NCBI GenBank assembly: GCA_016717595.1
Contig: JADKFE010000010.1
Location: forward strand, 1 to 49,030
Length of the DNA: 49,030 nt
Direction: 5' to 3'
Origin: Deltaproteobacteria bacterium
Lineage (GTDB): Bacteria > Myxococcota_A > UBA796 > CAJQPC01
Shown: positions 39,283 to 49,030 of the stretch, one piece after another
Position numbering within the stretch: the stretch's first letter is position 1
How the letters are laid out: each line of letters begins with the position of its first letter
Program-made: the position numbers and the translations under genes
Notes under the pieces: model-generated
Database searches by the model: none
The model's input: only the letters and a program-made list of their open reading frames with translations
What the model was told of the DNA's origin: nothing

Positions 39283-39288
39283 GCAGGC

Positions 39289-40599
39289 TCAGGCGTCCGC
39301 TTCAGGCGGGAGATCATCAGCGATCTCGTTCGCCTGCTTCTTGCGCTGGGAGTCCTCATAGATGAGGGCGTCCAGCACCTTGTCCGCGTGGTTGATGAGG
39401 GAGGCGGCCTCCTCCTCTTCGACGTCGAGGATCGACGCGAGCTCGTAGGGCTCGGCGTCGGTGAGATCTTTGACGGTGCGGAAGCCGTGGCGGATGAGCA
39501 GCTCGATGGTGTCGGCGTCGACACCCTCCAGGCGAGCGAACTCGCCGCGGGCGAGATCGTTGAGCTCGGCGTGCCGGGTCTCGGAGTAGATGTCTACGCG
39601 CCAGCCGGTGAGCTGGGCCGCGAGGCGCACGTTCTGGCCGCGGCGGCCGATGGCCTTGGAGAGCTGCTCGTCGGGGACGATGAGCTCCATGCAGTGCGTG
39701 TGCTCGTCGATGTAGACGCGGGACACGCTCGCCGGGGCGATGGCGTGAACGATGAACCGCGCCGGATCGGGGTGGTAAGGGATGATGTCGATCGCCTCAC
39801 CACGCAGCTCTTGCACCACCGCCTGAACGCGTGAGCCCTTGAGGCCCACGCAGGCGCCGACCGGATCGACGTCGGGATCCGTCGAAGACACGGCGATCTT
39901 GGCGCGGAAGCCCGGCTCGCGGGCGCAGGCCTCGATCCGCACGATGCCCTCGTAGATCTCCGGCACCTCAAGCTCAAAGAGCTTCATCAACAGGCCGGGG
40001 TGCGAGCGCGAGAGCACCACCTGAGAGGACTTCGCCGCCCGGGTGATGTCGAGCACGTAGGCCTGGATGCGGTCGCCTTGGCGGTAGGTCTCGGAGACCA
40101 CCTGCTCACGGCGGGGGAGGATGGCCTCGGCGCGGCCCAAGTCCACGATGATGTTGCCCTTCTCGAAGCGCCGAACGATGCCGGTGATGAGCTCACCTTT
40201 GCGGTCGCGGAACTCGTTGAAGGTCATCTCACGCTCGGCGTCGCGAACGCGCTGGATGATGACCTGCTTGGCCGTCTGGGCGGCGATGCGGCCCAAGCCC
40301 TCGACGTCCATCTTGATGCCCAAGGAGTCGCCGACCTCACAGTCCGGATCGAGGGCGCGGGCCTCCTCGATGAGGATCTCGGTGTCGTTGTTGTCGAACT
40401 CCTCAACCACCGTCTTGAACTCGAACAGCTCCACCTCACCCAGCTCCTCGTTGAACTGGGCCTCGATGTCGCGCTCGTTGCCGAAGCGCTTGCGCGCGGC
40501 GGCGACCATAGCGGACTCAAGAACCTCAATCACCGCGTCGCGGGGGATGTTCTTCTCGCGGTGGAGCATGTCGATCTGTCGGGCGAGCTCGCTGATCAT
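39289..40599 (-). CDS. nusA: Transcription termination/antitermination factor NusA
   Basis: N-terminal domain, S1 and two KH domains, acidic C-terminal repeats. [21 protein letters not shown]. Confidence 0.9.
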   Translation of the reverse strand: MISELARQIDMLHREKNIPRDAVIEVLESAMVAAARKRFGNERDIEAQFNEELGEVELFEFKTVVEEFDNNDTEILIEEARALDPDCEVGDSLGIKMDVEGLGRIAAQTAKQVIIQRVRDAEREMTFNEFRDRKGELITGIVRRFEKGNIIVDLGRAEAILPRREQVVSETYRQGDRIQAYVLDITRAAKSSQVVLSRSHPGLLMKLFELEVPEIYEGIVRIEACAREPGFRAKIAVSSTDPDVDPVGACVGLKGSRVQAVVQELRGEAIDIIPYHPDPARFIVHAIAPASVSRVYIDEHTHCMELIVPDEQLSKAIGRRGQNVRLAAQLTGWRVDIYSETRHAELNDLARGEFARLEGVDADTIELLIRHGFRTVKDLTDAEPYELASILDVEEEEAASLINHADKVLDALIYEDSQRKKQANEIADDLPPEADA

Positions 40600-41141
40600 G
40601 GCGAACCTCCATCGGGGTCGGGGCGCGGTGGCGACGACTCGGCCAAAGACTCGTACTCGTCGAGCGTGAGCTGGAGCTGAGCGCGGACGATCTGGGCCAG
40701 GGGAATCGAGTGCGGCTGGCCGTCGGCCTCGATCAGCACCGCGTCACCGTCGAGCCCCTTGAGGCGGCCGGTGATCTGGCGGCGCGAGGCGGTGCCGTCT
40801 AAACGAAGACGGCAGCGGTAGCCGGAGAACTTGGCGAAGTCGGCGGGCCGCTGAAGCGGGCGCTCGATGCCGGGGGAGGAGACCTCAAGGTCGTACGCCC
40901 CGGAGATGGGATCCTCGACGTCAAGCAGGGCCGAGAGCGCGTGGCTGAGCTTGGCGAGGGGGTTCATGATGACGCCGCCGGGGCGATCCACCGAGACGCG
41001 CAGCGTGCGGCGCCCGAAGGTGTTGGTCAGCTCGACGGCGACAAGCTCGTACCCCAACGACACGGCGACGGGCTCAAACAGCGCGAAGAGCTGCGCTTGA
41101 ATCGGCCGAATGTCGGTGGTGGGGCGTGGAGACTCGGACAT
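40596..41141 (-). CDS. rimP: Ribosome maturation factor RimP
   Basis: [21 protein letters not shown]...[14 protein letters not shown]...[12 protein letters not shown]. Start at MSESPRP, downstream of the terminator hairpin. Confidence 0.8.
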   Translation of the reverse strand: MSESPRPTTDIRPIQAQLFALFEPVAVSLGYELVAVELTNTFGRRTLRVSVDRPGGVIMNPLAKLSHALSALLDVEDPISGAYDLEVSSPGIERPLQRPADFAKFSGYRCRLRLDGTASRRQITGRLKGLDGDAVLIEADGQPHSIPLAQIVRAQLQLTLDEYESLAESSPPRPDPDGGSP

Positions 41142-41189
41142 GTTGAGGAGGACCGGCGGGATGAGGTTCAGGAGGTGATGGCCACGCCG

Positions 41190-41225
41190 AGGCCAAAAAA
41201 AAGGAGCCGCCCGGGGGGGCGCCTC
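41190..41225 (-). terminator. Rho-independent terminator after cpoB/ybgF
   Basis: Minus-strand GGAGGCGCC-CCCCC-GGGCGGCTCC hairpin with one mismatch, followed by T8. Confidence 0.5.
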
Positions 41226-41303
41226 CTCGATGAAGGAAGCAGGGACGATTCTTCTATGTCCGCGCGCACCCGCTGTCAAGCGCGGTCAAGCGCAGCCACA
41301 GCA

Positions 41304-42179
41304 TCAGGAGCCGAGGAGCGTCTTGGCCTCTTTGGCGGCCTTGCTCTTGGGGTACTTCGCGACGACGTCCTCCCAGAAGAGCTTCGCCGCGTCGTTGTTC
41401 CCCATCGCCTTGAAACACTCCCCTTGGCGCACCATCGCCCACGGCGCCCACACGCTGTCCGGGGCCTGGGTGGCGACCTCGTCGAACTTCAAGGCCGCGG
41501 ACTTGTAGTTCTTCTCGTTGTAGTAGGTCTCGGCGAGGCGATAGCGGGCCTCGACGGCGCGGGCGTGGTTGGGGTTCTCGCGTAAGAAGCGCTCAAGCTG
41601 GGCCCGGGCGAGCACGGGCTGGTTGGCCTTGAGCGACTCTTCAGCCATCCGGATGAGGTCGTCGGGGGTGGCCGCGAGCTCGACCTCTTTGGGAGGGCCT
41701 ACTGGAGCGGTGATCTCGCCGCCACCGGCGGGCGGGGCGACGGCGACCTGGCCGCCGGGGATCGGCGCGGCGGGAGGCTTGACGCCGAGCGCCTTCTCTA
41801 AGGTGGCGACGCGCAGCTCCATGTACTCCAAGCGGAACTGGGCGTCCTCGCGGAAGGCTTTGGACGCGGTGTTGGTGGCGTCGGCCTCGTGCTGGCCGGT
41901 CTCAAGCTCACCCCGCAGGCGGCGGACCTCGTCGCGCACCTGATCGAGGTTCTCCAGCTTCTCGGCCTCTTGTTGGCCGCGGTAACGCACGACCTCGTCG
42001 AGCTGCACGAGGCGGCGCTCAAGATCGGCGTTGAGGCGCTCTAGCTCATCGGCGCGGGCCTTCTGGGCCGCTAACTCACGCTCATACGCCGCGGTGGCGG
42101 ACTGGCCGGTGCGGTCGAGCACGCAGCCGTTGAGCAGGCCGAGGCCAACGCTGAGCAGGACGAGGCGGCGGGGGCTCAC
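41304..42179 (-). CDS. cpoB: Tol-Pal system protein CpoB/YbgF (coiled coil + C-terminal TPR)
   Basis: Lipobox-like LLNGC, long coiled coil, C-terminal TPR-like YRLAETYYNEKNYKSAALKF. ATGA overlap with pal. Confidence 0.7.
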   Translation of the reverse strand: MSPRRLVLLSVGLGLLNGCVLDRTGQSATAAYERELAAQKARADELERLNADLERRLVQLDEVVRYRGQQEAEKLENLDQVRDEVRRLRGELETGQHEADATNTASKAFREDAQFRLEYMELRVATLEKALGVKPPAAPIPGGQVAVAPPAGGGEITAPVGPPKEVELAATPDDLIRMAEESLKANQPVLARAQLERFLRENPNHARAVEARYRLAETYYNEKNYKSAALKFDEVATQAPDSVWAPWAMVRQGECFKAMGNNDAAKLFWEDVVAKYPKSKAAKEAKTLLGS

Positions 42180-42907
42180 CGGGTCACCCGGAGCTCAACG
42201 CGGCGGTTGGCGGACCAGACGTCCTCGCCGGAGCCCGCGCGGGTGGGGCGCTCCTCACCGTAGGTCACGGAGTCGATGCGGGACGGGGGCACACCTTGGC
42301 TCACGAGGTACTCGCGGACGGCGTTCGCCCGGCGCTGGCCCAAGGCGAGGTTGTAGTCGGTGGTGCCGCGCTCGTCGGTGTGGCCCTCTAGGCGAATACG
42401 CTCGGTGCGGCGGGAGAGGCAGGGCACCAGGGCGTTGAGCGCGGTGCGCTGGTCGGGGCGCAGGGTGTTGCTGTCGAGGTCGAAGTAGATCGTGGCCTTG
42501 TCGCAGACGGCGTTGGCGTTCGCCGCCATGAGCGAGAGGCCCCGGCGCAGGGTGGACTGCTGGCCGCTGGGGAGCTTGACCGTGATGTCCACCGAGCCCT
42601 CAGGCAAGGCCGGGACCATGACGTCGAGGGTGTTCGCATCGACGAAGGTGACCGACGAGGCCGGGGTGCCGCTGAAGCTCACCGTCGAGCCTTGGGCGAA
42701 CTCGGAGCCGTAGATGCGGGCCGAGAAGGGCTTGTTGGCGTCGCCCAGGGCCGGGTCGATGGAGATGATCTGCAGCGCGACGTCCACCGCGGGGATGTCC
42801 ACGGCGATGGTGTCATCAGGCACCTCCTCGATCTTCTTGTCGCGACACTTGGCCGCGAGCAGCGTCGGGGCCAGCATGAGGAGGAGCACGAGGCGCGCGC
42901 GAGACAT
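42176..42907 (-). CDS. pal: Peptidoglycan-associated lipoprotein Pal/OmpA-family with N-terminal Ig-like extension
   Basis: OmpA-C motif LEGHTDERGTTDYNLALGQRRANAV...WSANRRVEL. Start at MSRARLVLLLMLAPTLLAAKC. Confidence 0.75.
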   Translation of the reverse strand: MSRARLVLLLMLAPTLLAAKCRDKKIEEVPDDTIAVDIPAVDVALQIISIDPALGDANKPFSARIYGSEFAQGSTVSFSGTPASSVTFVDANTLDVMVPALPEGSVDITVKLPSGQQSTLRRGLSLMAANANAVCDKATIYFDLDSNTLRPDQRTALNALVPCLSRRTERIRLEGHTDERGTTDYNLALGQRRANAVREYLVSQGVPPSRIDSVTYGEERPTRAGSGEDVWSANRRVELRVTR

Positions 42908-43076
42908 GACGACTCCGGATGCAGCGTCATCGCTGCGAGGCACACACACACTTTTAACCCGATAATGGGTACGCGGTCTCTCTTGTCATGTCAAGTCATC
43001 ACCGAGGCTTCACCTGAACCCCACCAACGCCCCCAGCGCCCCGCCCTTCGCCGTTGTCTGCGGCCTGCTCTGCGTC

Positions 43077-44288
43077 TTGAGCGCGGCGGGCGTCGTGGCG
43101 CTGGGCGACCTGCGCGGCGCGGCGACGGCGTTTGTTGGCCTCACCAGCCTGTGGTCCCTCGGGGCGCTGGGCGCGGCGTGGGCGCACCGGGCTCAACCCT
43201 CCGCCGCCTGGGGCTGGCTGGCCTTGGGCGCGGCGCTGCGTGTGGTGATGCTCTTCTCTCCGGCGAGCCTCTCCGATGACGTCTACCGCTATCTCTGGGA
43301 GGGTGAGGTGATCGCCGCCGGGCTCAACCCGTTCTTGTACGCGCCGAGCGACCCAACGCTCACGCCGCTGCGGGATGAGGTCTGGGCCCAGGTGAACCAC
43401 AAGGACGTCTCGACGATCTACCCGCCGGGGGCCTTGTGGCTGTTTCGTGGCGTGGTGGCGCTCACGGCCTCGCCTGTGGGCTGGAAGATCCTGTCCGGGG
43501 CCTGTGATCTCGGCGTGGCGGCGATCTTGTGGCGGCTGTGCGCGGCGCGAGGGATCGCCGCCTGGGCGCCCGTGGCCTACGCGCTGCACCCCTTGCCGAT
43601 CATCGAGACCGCGGGGAGCGGGCACTTGGAGGGGCCCGCGGTCTTGGGGATGATGTTGAGCTTCACGTTCGCCCAGAGGCCGGGCCTCGCCGCGCTCTTC
43701 GCCTGGGCCGGCGCCTCGGTGAAGCTCTTGCCGGGCCTGGTGATCTTGGCCTTGGCCCGCACACCCAGCCGGGGCCTCGCCCTCGGCGTGCTTGCGGGGC
43801 TGCTCGCCATCGTGGCGTTGGGCCTGCCCTTTGTAGACGCCGGGAGCGCGCTTGGGCGAGGGTTTGGGCGGTACTACGAGGCCTGGGCGTTCAACGGCCT
43901 CGCCTTCTCGTTCTTGGAGGCGCTCACCGGGGACGGGCAGCGGGCGCGCTGGCTGGGCGTGGCCTTGGGCGGGCTCTACTGCGGAAACATTCTGCGCCAG
44001 GGGCCCAGCCTGGATCGCCTGATGCTGCACGTCGCCGGGGCGCTCTTGGTGCTCTCCCCGGTGGTTCACCCTTGGTATGTCTTGTGGGCCTTGGCCCCGG
44101 CGATGCTGCGCGGGGTGTGGCCGTGGCTGGTGTTCGCCTCGTTGTGCCCCTTGTCGTACCTGGCGCTCGCTGAGTACGATGTCCGAGGTTGGCAGGAGGT
44201 CTGGTGGATCCCGTGGATCGAACATCCGGCGCTCTGGCTGAGCCTCCTCGTGTGGTGGGCTCGCTCGACGCCGCCCTCGCCGGGCTGA
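43077..44288 (+). CDS. Polytopic membrane protein, DUF2029/GT87-like (PimE-type glycosyltransferase family suspected)
   Basis: 403 aa with more than 10 TM helices and a conserved-looking loop YRYLWEGEV...GLNPFLYAPSDP. Confidence 0.45.
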   Translation: MSAAGVVALGDLRGAATAFVGLTSLWSLGALGAAWAHRAQPSAAWGWLALGAALRVVMLFSPASLSDDVYRYLWEGEVIAAGLNPFLYAPSDPTLTPLRDEVWAQVNHKDVSTIYPPGALWLFRGVVALTASPVGWKILSGACDLGVAAILWRLCAARGIAAWAPVAYALHPLPIIETAGSGHLEGPAVLGMMLSFTFAQRPGLAALFAWAGASVKLLPGLVILALARTPSRGLALGVLAGLLAIVALGLPFVDAGSALGRGFGRYYEAWAFNGLAFSFLEALTGDGQRARWLGVALGGLYCGNILRQGPSLDRLMLHVAGALLVLSPVVHPWYVLWALAPAMLRGVWPWLVFASLCPLSYLALAEYDVRGWQEVWWIPWIEHPALWLSLLVWWARSTPPSPG

Positions 44289-45367
44289 GCCTGCCGCCGG
44301 GCCTGCGCCGCCTCGCCATCGCCGTGCCCGACCTCACCCGGCCTCTGGACACCGTCGCGGTCTTGGCCACCCTTCGCCGGGCGCTGGGGGAGCGCGCCCC
44401 CGCGGAGATCACCGTCGTCGTGGGCCTCGGCCTGCACCGCCCGCTCACCGAGGCCGAGCTCTCGCGGATGCGCGCCGCTTGCGGCTGGCCCGTCGTGAAC
44501 TCGACCCCCGACGACACCGCCGATCTCGGCCTCGTCCATGGCATCCCCTGCCAGGTCGCCCACCCCATCGCTGAGGCCGAGATGACCCTCGCCATCGGGG
44601 TCGTGGAGCTTCACCAATACGCGGGCTTCTCCGGCGGTCACAAGGCCAGCGCCGTTGGCTGCGGCGGTCGTGACACCTTGGCCGCGCTGCACGCCCGGGC
44701 CATGGTCTGTGACCCCGAGGTGCAGGTGGGCCGGGTGGAGGGCAACCCCTTCCGCGAGGCCGTAGACGCCTTGGGTGAGCACAACGGCACCCGCCTGGCC
44801 CTGCTCTCTCTGGGGGATGGGCGCTGGACCTTGGGCGAGCCCCGGGCCGCCCTGCGTGTCGCCGCCGCCGCCCAAGACCCGTGGTGGACGGTGCCCGAGC
44901 CCGTCTCGGCCTGCATCCTGCGGGTGCCCGAGGCCAAAGCGGCGAACTTTTACCAGGCGAGCCGCGCCGCCACCTACCTCGCGCTCTCGCCCTCCCCTCC
45001 CCTCATCGACGGCGCGCGGATCGTGCTCGACGCGCGCTGCCCAGATGGCGCCGGAGATGGCGATGGGGAGCGCGCCTTCGCATCTCTCATGGCGATGACC
45101 GCGCCGCCTTGGCAGAGCTTACTCACCGGGCCGGTGCCCTCTGGCGCGGGGCTGCAGCGGGCGTTTATGCTCGCGCGCCTCGCCCAGCGGTATCACCTCA
45201 TCGTCGCCGGGTGTGATCAGCCCGAGGCCCTGCAAAGGCTGGGGGTTGAGGCCACGTCTTCCCCCGCTTCAGCCGTCGCGCCCGGGGCGCTCACCGTCAA
45301 TCAGCCGTTCACCCGGCTGCCTCAGCTTCAGCGGCCACCACCGGCTTCGGGGACGGCGCCGGGCTGA
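44189..45367 (+). CDS. LarA-like (DUF2088, lactate-racemase family) protein
   Basis: Motif HQYAGFSGGHKA is typical of the LarA N-terminal domain. The start may be internal because it overlaps the upstream gene end. Confidence 0.55.
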   Translation: MAGGLVDPVDRTSGALAEPPRVVGSLDAALAGLSLPPGLRRLAIAVPDLTRPLDTVAVLATLRRALGERAPAEITVVVGLGLHRPLTEAELSRMRAACGWPVVNSTPDDTADLGLVHGIPCQVAHPIAEAEMTLAIGVVELHQYAGFSGGHKASAVGCGGRDTLAALHARAMVCDPEVQVGRVEGNPFREAVDALGEHNGTRLALLSLGDGRWTLGEPRAALRVAAAAQDPWWTVPEPVSACILRVPEAKAANFYQASRAATYLALSPSPPLIDGARIVLDARCPDGAGDGDGERAFASLMAMTAPPWQSLLTGPVPSGAGLQRAFMLARLAQRYHLIVAGCDQPEALQRLGVEATSSPASAVAPGALTVNQPFTRLPQLQRPPPASGTAPG

Positions 45368-46775
45368 GGCTGCCCAGGCCCACCCACAGGTAGCCCAGGC
45401 CAAACAGCGCCAGCAGCGGCGCCGAGCCCCAGGCCCCGGCGAACATGCAGGCGACGGCGCCGATGAGCTGCCCCAGGCCGAGGGTGATCTCAACGATGGC
45501 GCCGCCGTCGCCGCCCAAGGCGTATCGACCGCCGCCGGACTCGCCCCGTTTGGGGGTGCGCACAAAGGCCCCGACCTCGCCAAAGAGCGCCTCAAACACC
45601 GCCCGGCTCTGGTTCACGGCCATGCCCGCGCCCAAGGCCATCGCCCACGGCACCCGGCCCAGGCGCCGCGCCCAGTCGTTGTGGGTTGCCCCGGCGCTCA
45701 CCCCGTAGAACACGCCCAGGGACGTCATCGCCACGGTGAAGAACACGGCGTGGAGCGGCTCCACCAAGGGGTGCCCCACCCGCTGAATCGCCGCGAGGGG
45801 CGTGATCACCGAGAGCAGCAGCACCAGGGGATACGCGAGGTTCGCGCAGAGGTGCGCCGTGGCCTCGACCTTCACCGGCCAAGGGGCGGGCGAGCGCCAG
45901 AGCCTCGGCAAGAGCTTCTTCGCGGTCTGGATCGAGCCCTTCGCCCAGCGGCGCTGCTGGCTCTTGAACGCCAAGATGTCGCCGGGAAGCTCAGCGGGCA
46001 CGGCGAGATCCGGCAAGTACACAAACCGCCAGCCCACGAGCTGGGCGCGGTACGAGAGGTCGAGGTCTTCAGTGAGCGTGTCCCCTTGCCAGCCGCCGGC
46101 GTCGTGAATCGCCTCCCGGCGCCACAGCCCCGCCGTGCCGTTGAAGTTGAACCAGCGCCCGGAGCGCGCTCGGGCGGCGTGCTCGATGACGAAGTGCCCG
46201 TCCAACAACATCGCCTCCACCCGGGTGAGCCAAGACTCTCCTTCGTTGAGGTGGGTCCAGCGCGCCTGGACCATGCCGATCTCTGGGCCGAGGGCGGGCA
46301 CCGCGCGGCGCAAAAAGTCGGCGGGAGGCACAAAGTCGGCGTCAAAGATGGCGATGATCGAGCCCTTCGCCCGGCTGAGCCCCCAAGCCAAGGCCCCGGC
46401 CTTAAAGCCCTGGCGGTCGGGCCTGCGCAGCACCGTGACGTCGAGGCCCTTCGCCCGGTGGCGCGCGGCGGCGGCTTCAGCGAGCGGGGTGGTGTCGTCG
46501 TCGCTGTCGTCGAGGATCTGCAGCTCCAGGCGATCCCGAGGCCAGTCCAGCGCCGCCGCGGCGTCGATGAGCCGGGTGATCACATACCGCTCGTTGTAGA
46601 CCGGGAGCTGCACGGTGACGAGGGGCAGCGCGCGCTCCTCCAGCGTCGTGAGGGTCGGCGCCTGCCGCCGGGTGCGCCAATACCGCGAGGTGAGCCACAG
46701 CCGATGCAGCCCGTAGAGCGAGAGCGTTGAGGCGAGCAGCGCGTGACCGCCCAGGAGCAAAAGTTCCGTCACCAC
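45309..46775 (-). CDS. Processive family-2 glycosyltransferase (CESA-like) with C-terminal TM helices
   Basis: Motifs LDDSDDD, FDADF, TEDLDLS, QQRRWAKG (QxxRW). Confidence 0.8.
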   Translation of the reverse strand: MVTELLLLGGHALLASTLSLYGLHRLWLTSRYWRTRRQAPTLTTLEERALPLVTVQLPVYNERYVITRLIDAAAALDWPRDRLELQILDDSDDDTTPLAEAAAARHRAKGLDVTVLRRPDRQGFKAGALAWGLSRAKGSIIAIFDADFVPPADFLRRAVPALGPEIGMVQARWTHLNEGESWLTRVEAMLLDGHFVIEHAARARSGRWFNFNGTAGLWRREAIHDAGGWQGDTLTEDLDLSYRAQLVGWRFVYLPDLAVPAELPGDILAFKSQQRRWAKGSIQTAKKLLPRLWRSPAPWPVKVEATAHLCANLAYPLVLLLSVITPLAAIQRVGHPLVEPLHAVFFTVAMTSLGVFYGVSAGATHNDWARRLGRVPWAMALGAGMAVNQSRAVFEALFGEVGAFVRTPKRGESGGGRYALGGDGGAIVEITLGLGQLIGAVACMFAGAWGSAPLLALFGLGYLWVGLGSLSPAPSPKPVVAAEAEAAG

Positions 46776-47134
46776 GACCCCGTCACCACGACCGTCTCGG
46801 CGGCTCCTCCCGACCTCAAGCGCCAGGGTGAGCCGCGAGACGTTTTAGCCCCGCAGACGACCTCCGCGCAAGCCGCGCCCCGCTCGGGTATAGTGAGCTT
46901 GGCCTCTGCCCGGTTCGAGTACAGAGCGATCGTGGTTCCTCCACAAGTATGTCCCGGGACCCGCCCCTCTCCGTGGTGTGCACGCCTCCTCGTGAGGAAG
47001 CCTGAAGCGGACATGCGGCTCCCCCCTCCTGAGTGGAGGAGGACCCCAACGCTCACACGGCCAGGGTGGAGGCCACTTTTTTGCGCGGACGCCGACACGG
47101 GAACCTCCCCGCCGCCGCCAGGGTCTCCTGCACC

Positions 47135-48130
47135 ATGACCATCGTAAGCCTGCTCGTGCTCTTCGCCTGCGCCGCCCGCGCGCCCGTCGTGCTCTACCCC
47201 TTGGACCAGCACCAGCCCCCGGCGGCGCTGGTTGGGGTCTTCGCCAGCCAGAGCCCCGACGCGCTGTTTGAGGACGCCTACTCCCGGCTGCTCAACGACG
47301 ACCTGGAGGGCGCTGAGCAACGGCTGGTGTACCTCGCGGGCCTGCCGGACGGCCCACCCGAGGCGCTCTACCACCTGGGCGTCGTCTACGAGCTGCGCGG
47401 AGCGCTGGAGACGGCGATCTCGGCCTACGATCTGCTCCTCACCCAAGATCCCCCCGAGGAGCTCGCGCCGAGCGTACACTTTCGCCGCGGCCTATGTCTT
47501 GAGGAGCTCGGCCGCTTTGACGAGGCGCTCAAGGCCTTCGCCAAGGTGCCCACCACCGGCGGCCTGAGCCTCAACGACCGCGTCACCTACGACGTGGCGC
47601 GTGGCGTGGCGATGTTGGGCTCGGGCAAAGAGGCCAAAGGGCTTGAGCTGCTCCAGGCCGCGCTCTCCACCACCCGCCGCGACCCAGAGCTGGCCTGGAT
47701 CCTCGGCAAAGGCTGGTACACCCTCGCCCGGCACGACCTCGACCAAGCGGCGGCGCTCTCGCTGAACGAGTCTGAGCGGAAGGTCAAGAAGAACCTAGAG
47801 GCCCGGGCCGGGCTCATCATGGACGCCGAGGCCGACCTCGTGCACGTCGTCGAGCAGCACGAGCCGGAGTGGATCCTCCGGGGCCTGCTCGACCTCGGCG
47901 ACGCCTACATCACGCTCCGCGAAGACATGATGCGCTCACCCACCCCCGCCGGGCTCAGCGCCGAGCAGGCCGCGCTCTACGTCGCCCAGGTCGACAAGAG
48001 CACCCGCGTGCTCATCGCCAAGGCGTTCAACGCCTACGACCAGGGCCTCATCGTCGCGGGCACCCTCGGGTTTGAGGGGGAGCTGACCGAGACCCTACGC
48101 GCCCGGCGCGACGCCTTGCCCACGGACTGA
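47135..48130 (+). CDS. TPR-repeat lipoprotein
   Basis: MTIVSLLVLFACAARAP (lipobox LFAC) plus TPR-like helical repeats. Confidence 0.55.
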   Translation: MTIVSLLVLFACAARAPVVLYPLDQHQPPAALVGVFASQSPDALFEDAYSRLLNDDLEGAEQRLVYLAGLPDGPPEALYHLGVVYELRGALETAISAYDLLLTQDPPEELAPSVHFRRGLCLEELGRFDEALKAFAKVPTTGGLSLNDRVTYDVARGVAMLGSGKEAKGLELLQAALSTTRRDPELAWILGKGWYTLARHDLDQAAALSLNESERKVKKNLEARAGLIMDAEADLVHVVEQHEPEWILRGLLDLGDAYITLREDMMRSPTPAGLSAEQAALYVAQVDKSTRVLIAKAFNAYDQGLIVAGTLGFEGELTETLRARRDALPTD

Positions 48131-48150
48131 CTCGGCGGCGCTGAAGACGA

Positions 48151-48192
48151 GGCGGCCCGGCCTCCTCTGCCTCAGAGGGACCGGGCCGCAGG
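48151..48192. terminator. Possible bidirectional terminator hairpin between convergent genes
   Basis: gcggcccgg...ccgggccgc inverted repeat with a nested cctctg/cagagg repeat. Confidence 0.35.
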
Positions 48193-48216
48193 CTGAGAGC
48201 ACCAGCCAGAGTCGTT

Positions 48217-49029
48217 TCAGTCGGCGTTCTTGTAGAACGTCGGGATGTCGTAGTCGTCATGCGCGATGTCGAAGCCGCTGGCCATCTCGCGGCCGTGACC
48301 GCCGTGCATCCCGCGGCGACCGGCCACCTGAACGGCGACGCGGCGCTCGGCGGAGGGCACCACCTGCTGACGCGCCTCCTCGAAGCCCGTGGCGATGACG
48401 GTGACGCGGGCCTCGTCGCCCATGGTGTCGTCGATGACCCAACCCCAGATGAGGTTGACGTCCTCGTGGGCCTCTTCCTGAATCAGCGAGGAGGCCTCGT
48501 TGATCTCGTACATCGTGAGGTTCGAGTTGCCGGTGATGTTCATCAGGACGCTGGTGGCGCCGGAGATGGACACGTCGTCGAGCAGCGGCGAGGAGATCGC
48601 GCGCTGGGCGGCGTCCACCGTCTTGTGGTCACCCGTGGCCGTGCCGACGCCCATGAGCGCCACGCCCTTGTTGGCCATCGTCGTGCGCACGTCGGCGAAG
48701 TCGACGTTGACGATGCCCTCAAAGTTGATGAGGTCGGACACGCCCTTGATCGCCTGGAGCAGCACCTGGTCGGCGAGGTTGAACGCCTCCTTCATGGTGG
48801 TGCGGTCGCTGGCCATGGCGATGAGGCGCTGGTTGGGGATGGTGATGAGGGTGTCCACGACGCCCTTCAGGGCCTCGATGCCCTCTTCAGCCTGACGGCG
48901 GCGCTTCTTGCCCTCGAACCAGAACGGGCGGGTGACCACACCGACGGTGAGCGCGCCGTGCTCCCGGGCGAGCTGGGCCAGAACCGGCGCCGCGCCCGTG
49001 CCCGTGCCGCCGCCCATGCCGGCGGTCAC
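48217..49029 (-). CDS. ftsZ: Cell division protein FtsZ (C-terminal ~270 aa; 5' part beyond window end)
   Basis: Tubulin signature [12 protein letters not shown]7 loop region NVDFADV, C-terminal conserved peptide [10 protein letters not shown]. Confidence 0.9.
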   Translation of the reverse strand: MTAGMGGGTGTGAAPVLAQLAREHGALTVGVVTRPFWFEGKKRRRQAEEGIEALKGVVDTLITIPNQRLIAMASDRTTMKEAFNLADQVLLQAIKGVSDLINFEGIVNVDFADVRTTMANKGVALMGVGTATGDHKTVDAAQRAISSPLLDDVSISGATSVLMNITGNSNLTMYEINEASSLIQEEAHEDVNLIWGWVIDDTMGDEARVTVIATGFEEARQQVVPSAERRVAVQVAGRRGMHGGHGREMASGFDIAHDDYDIPTFYKNAD

Positions 49030-49030
49030 G

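Noticed and set aside
41142-41279. Longer RimP start (MTAGARG...)
   Set aside because: The extension is encoded by the terminator hairpin and T-run of the upstream operon.

Overview
High-GC (~70%) bacterial chromosomal window; gene content suggests a myxobacterium-like deltaproteobacterium (inference only). I found no CRISPR array, IS element or prophage.

Layout:
- 1-3600: tandem array of paralogous secreted lipoprotein genes carrying Cys/Asp-rich Ca-binding (MopE/thrombospondin-type-3-like) repeats and an LRR domain, interrupted by several +/-1 indels in short G/C runs.
- 3654-9796: a B12-binding radical-SAM gene (frameshifted) next to a 4-hydroxybenzoyl-CoA-reductase-like three-subunit molybdo-flavo-FeS dehydrogenase operon, sitting 15 nt downstream of a membrane Ser/Thr kinase.
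- 12-16 kb: SCO1 lipoprotein, membrane GT-C-like protein and hypothetical genes.
- 16-21 kb: divergent FHA-domain / caspase-like (peptidase C14) pair, convergent with a Ser/Thr-kinase-FGE(SUMF1) fusion.
- 21.7-24.8 kb: GlxA/AraC regulator divergent from a dienelactone-hydrolase / GST / cupin operon.
- 24.8-28.3 kb: DEAD-box helicase, tRNA-Glu, tRNA-Lys, TPR and J-domain proteins, XerC/D-type recombinase.
- 28.4-32.9 kb: topA with a Lys/Ala-rich histone-like tail, and dprA.
- 33-35.2 kb: LysM, cupin and SPOR proteins.
- 35.3-41.1 kb: core rimP-nusA-ylxR/L7Ae-infB-DUF503 operon.
- 41.3-42.9 kb: pal-cpoB.
- 43-46.8 kb: membrane GT / LarA-like / GT2 module.
- 47.1-49 kb: TPR lipoprotein and the 3' part of ftsZ.

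At least seven to eight ORF disruptions sit at short homopolymers, which points to homopolymer-type sequencing error in this assembly, or less likely pervasive pseudogenisation. Hand-counted coordinates may be off by 1-2 nt.
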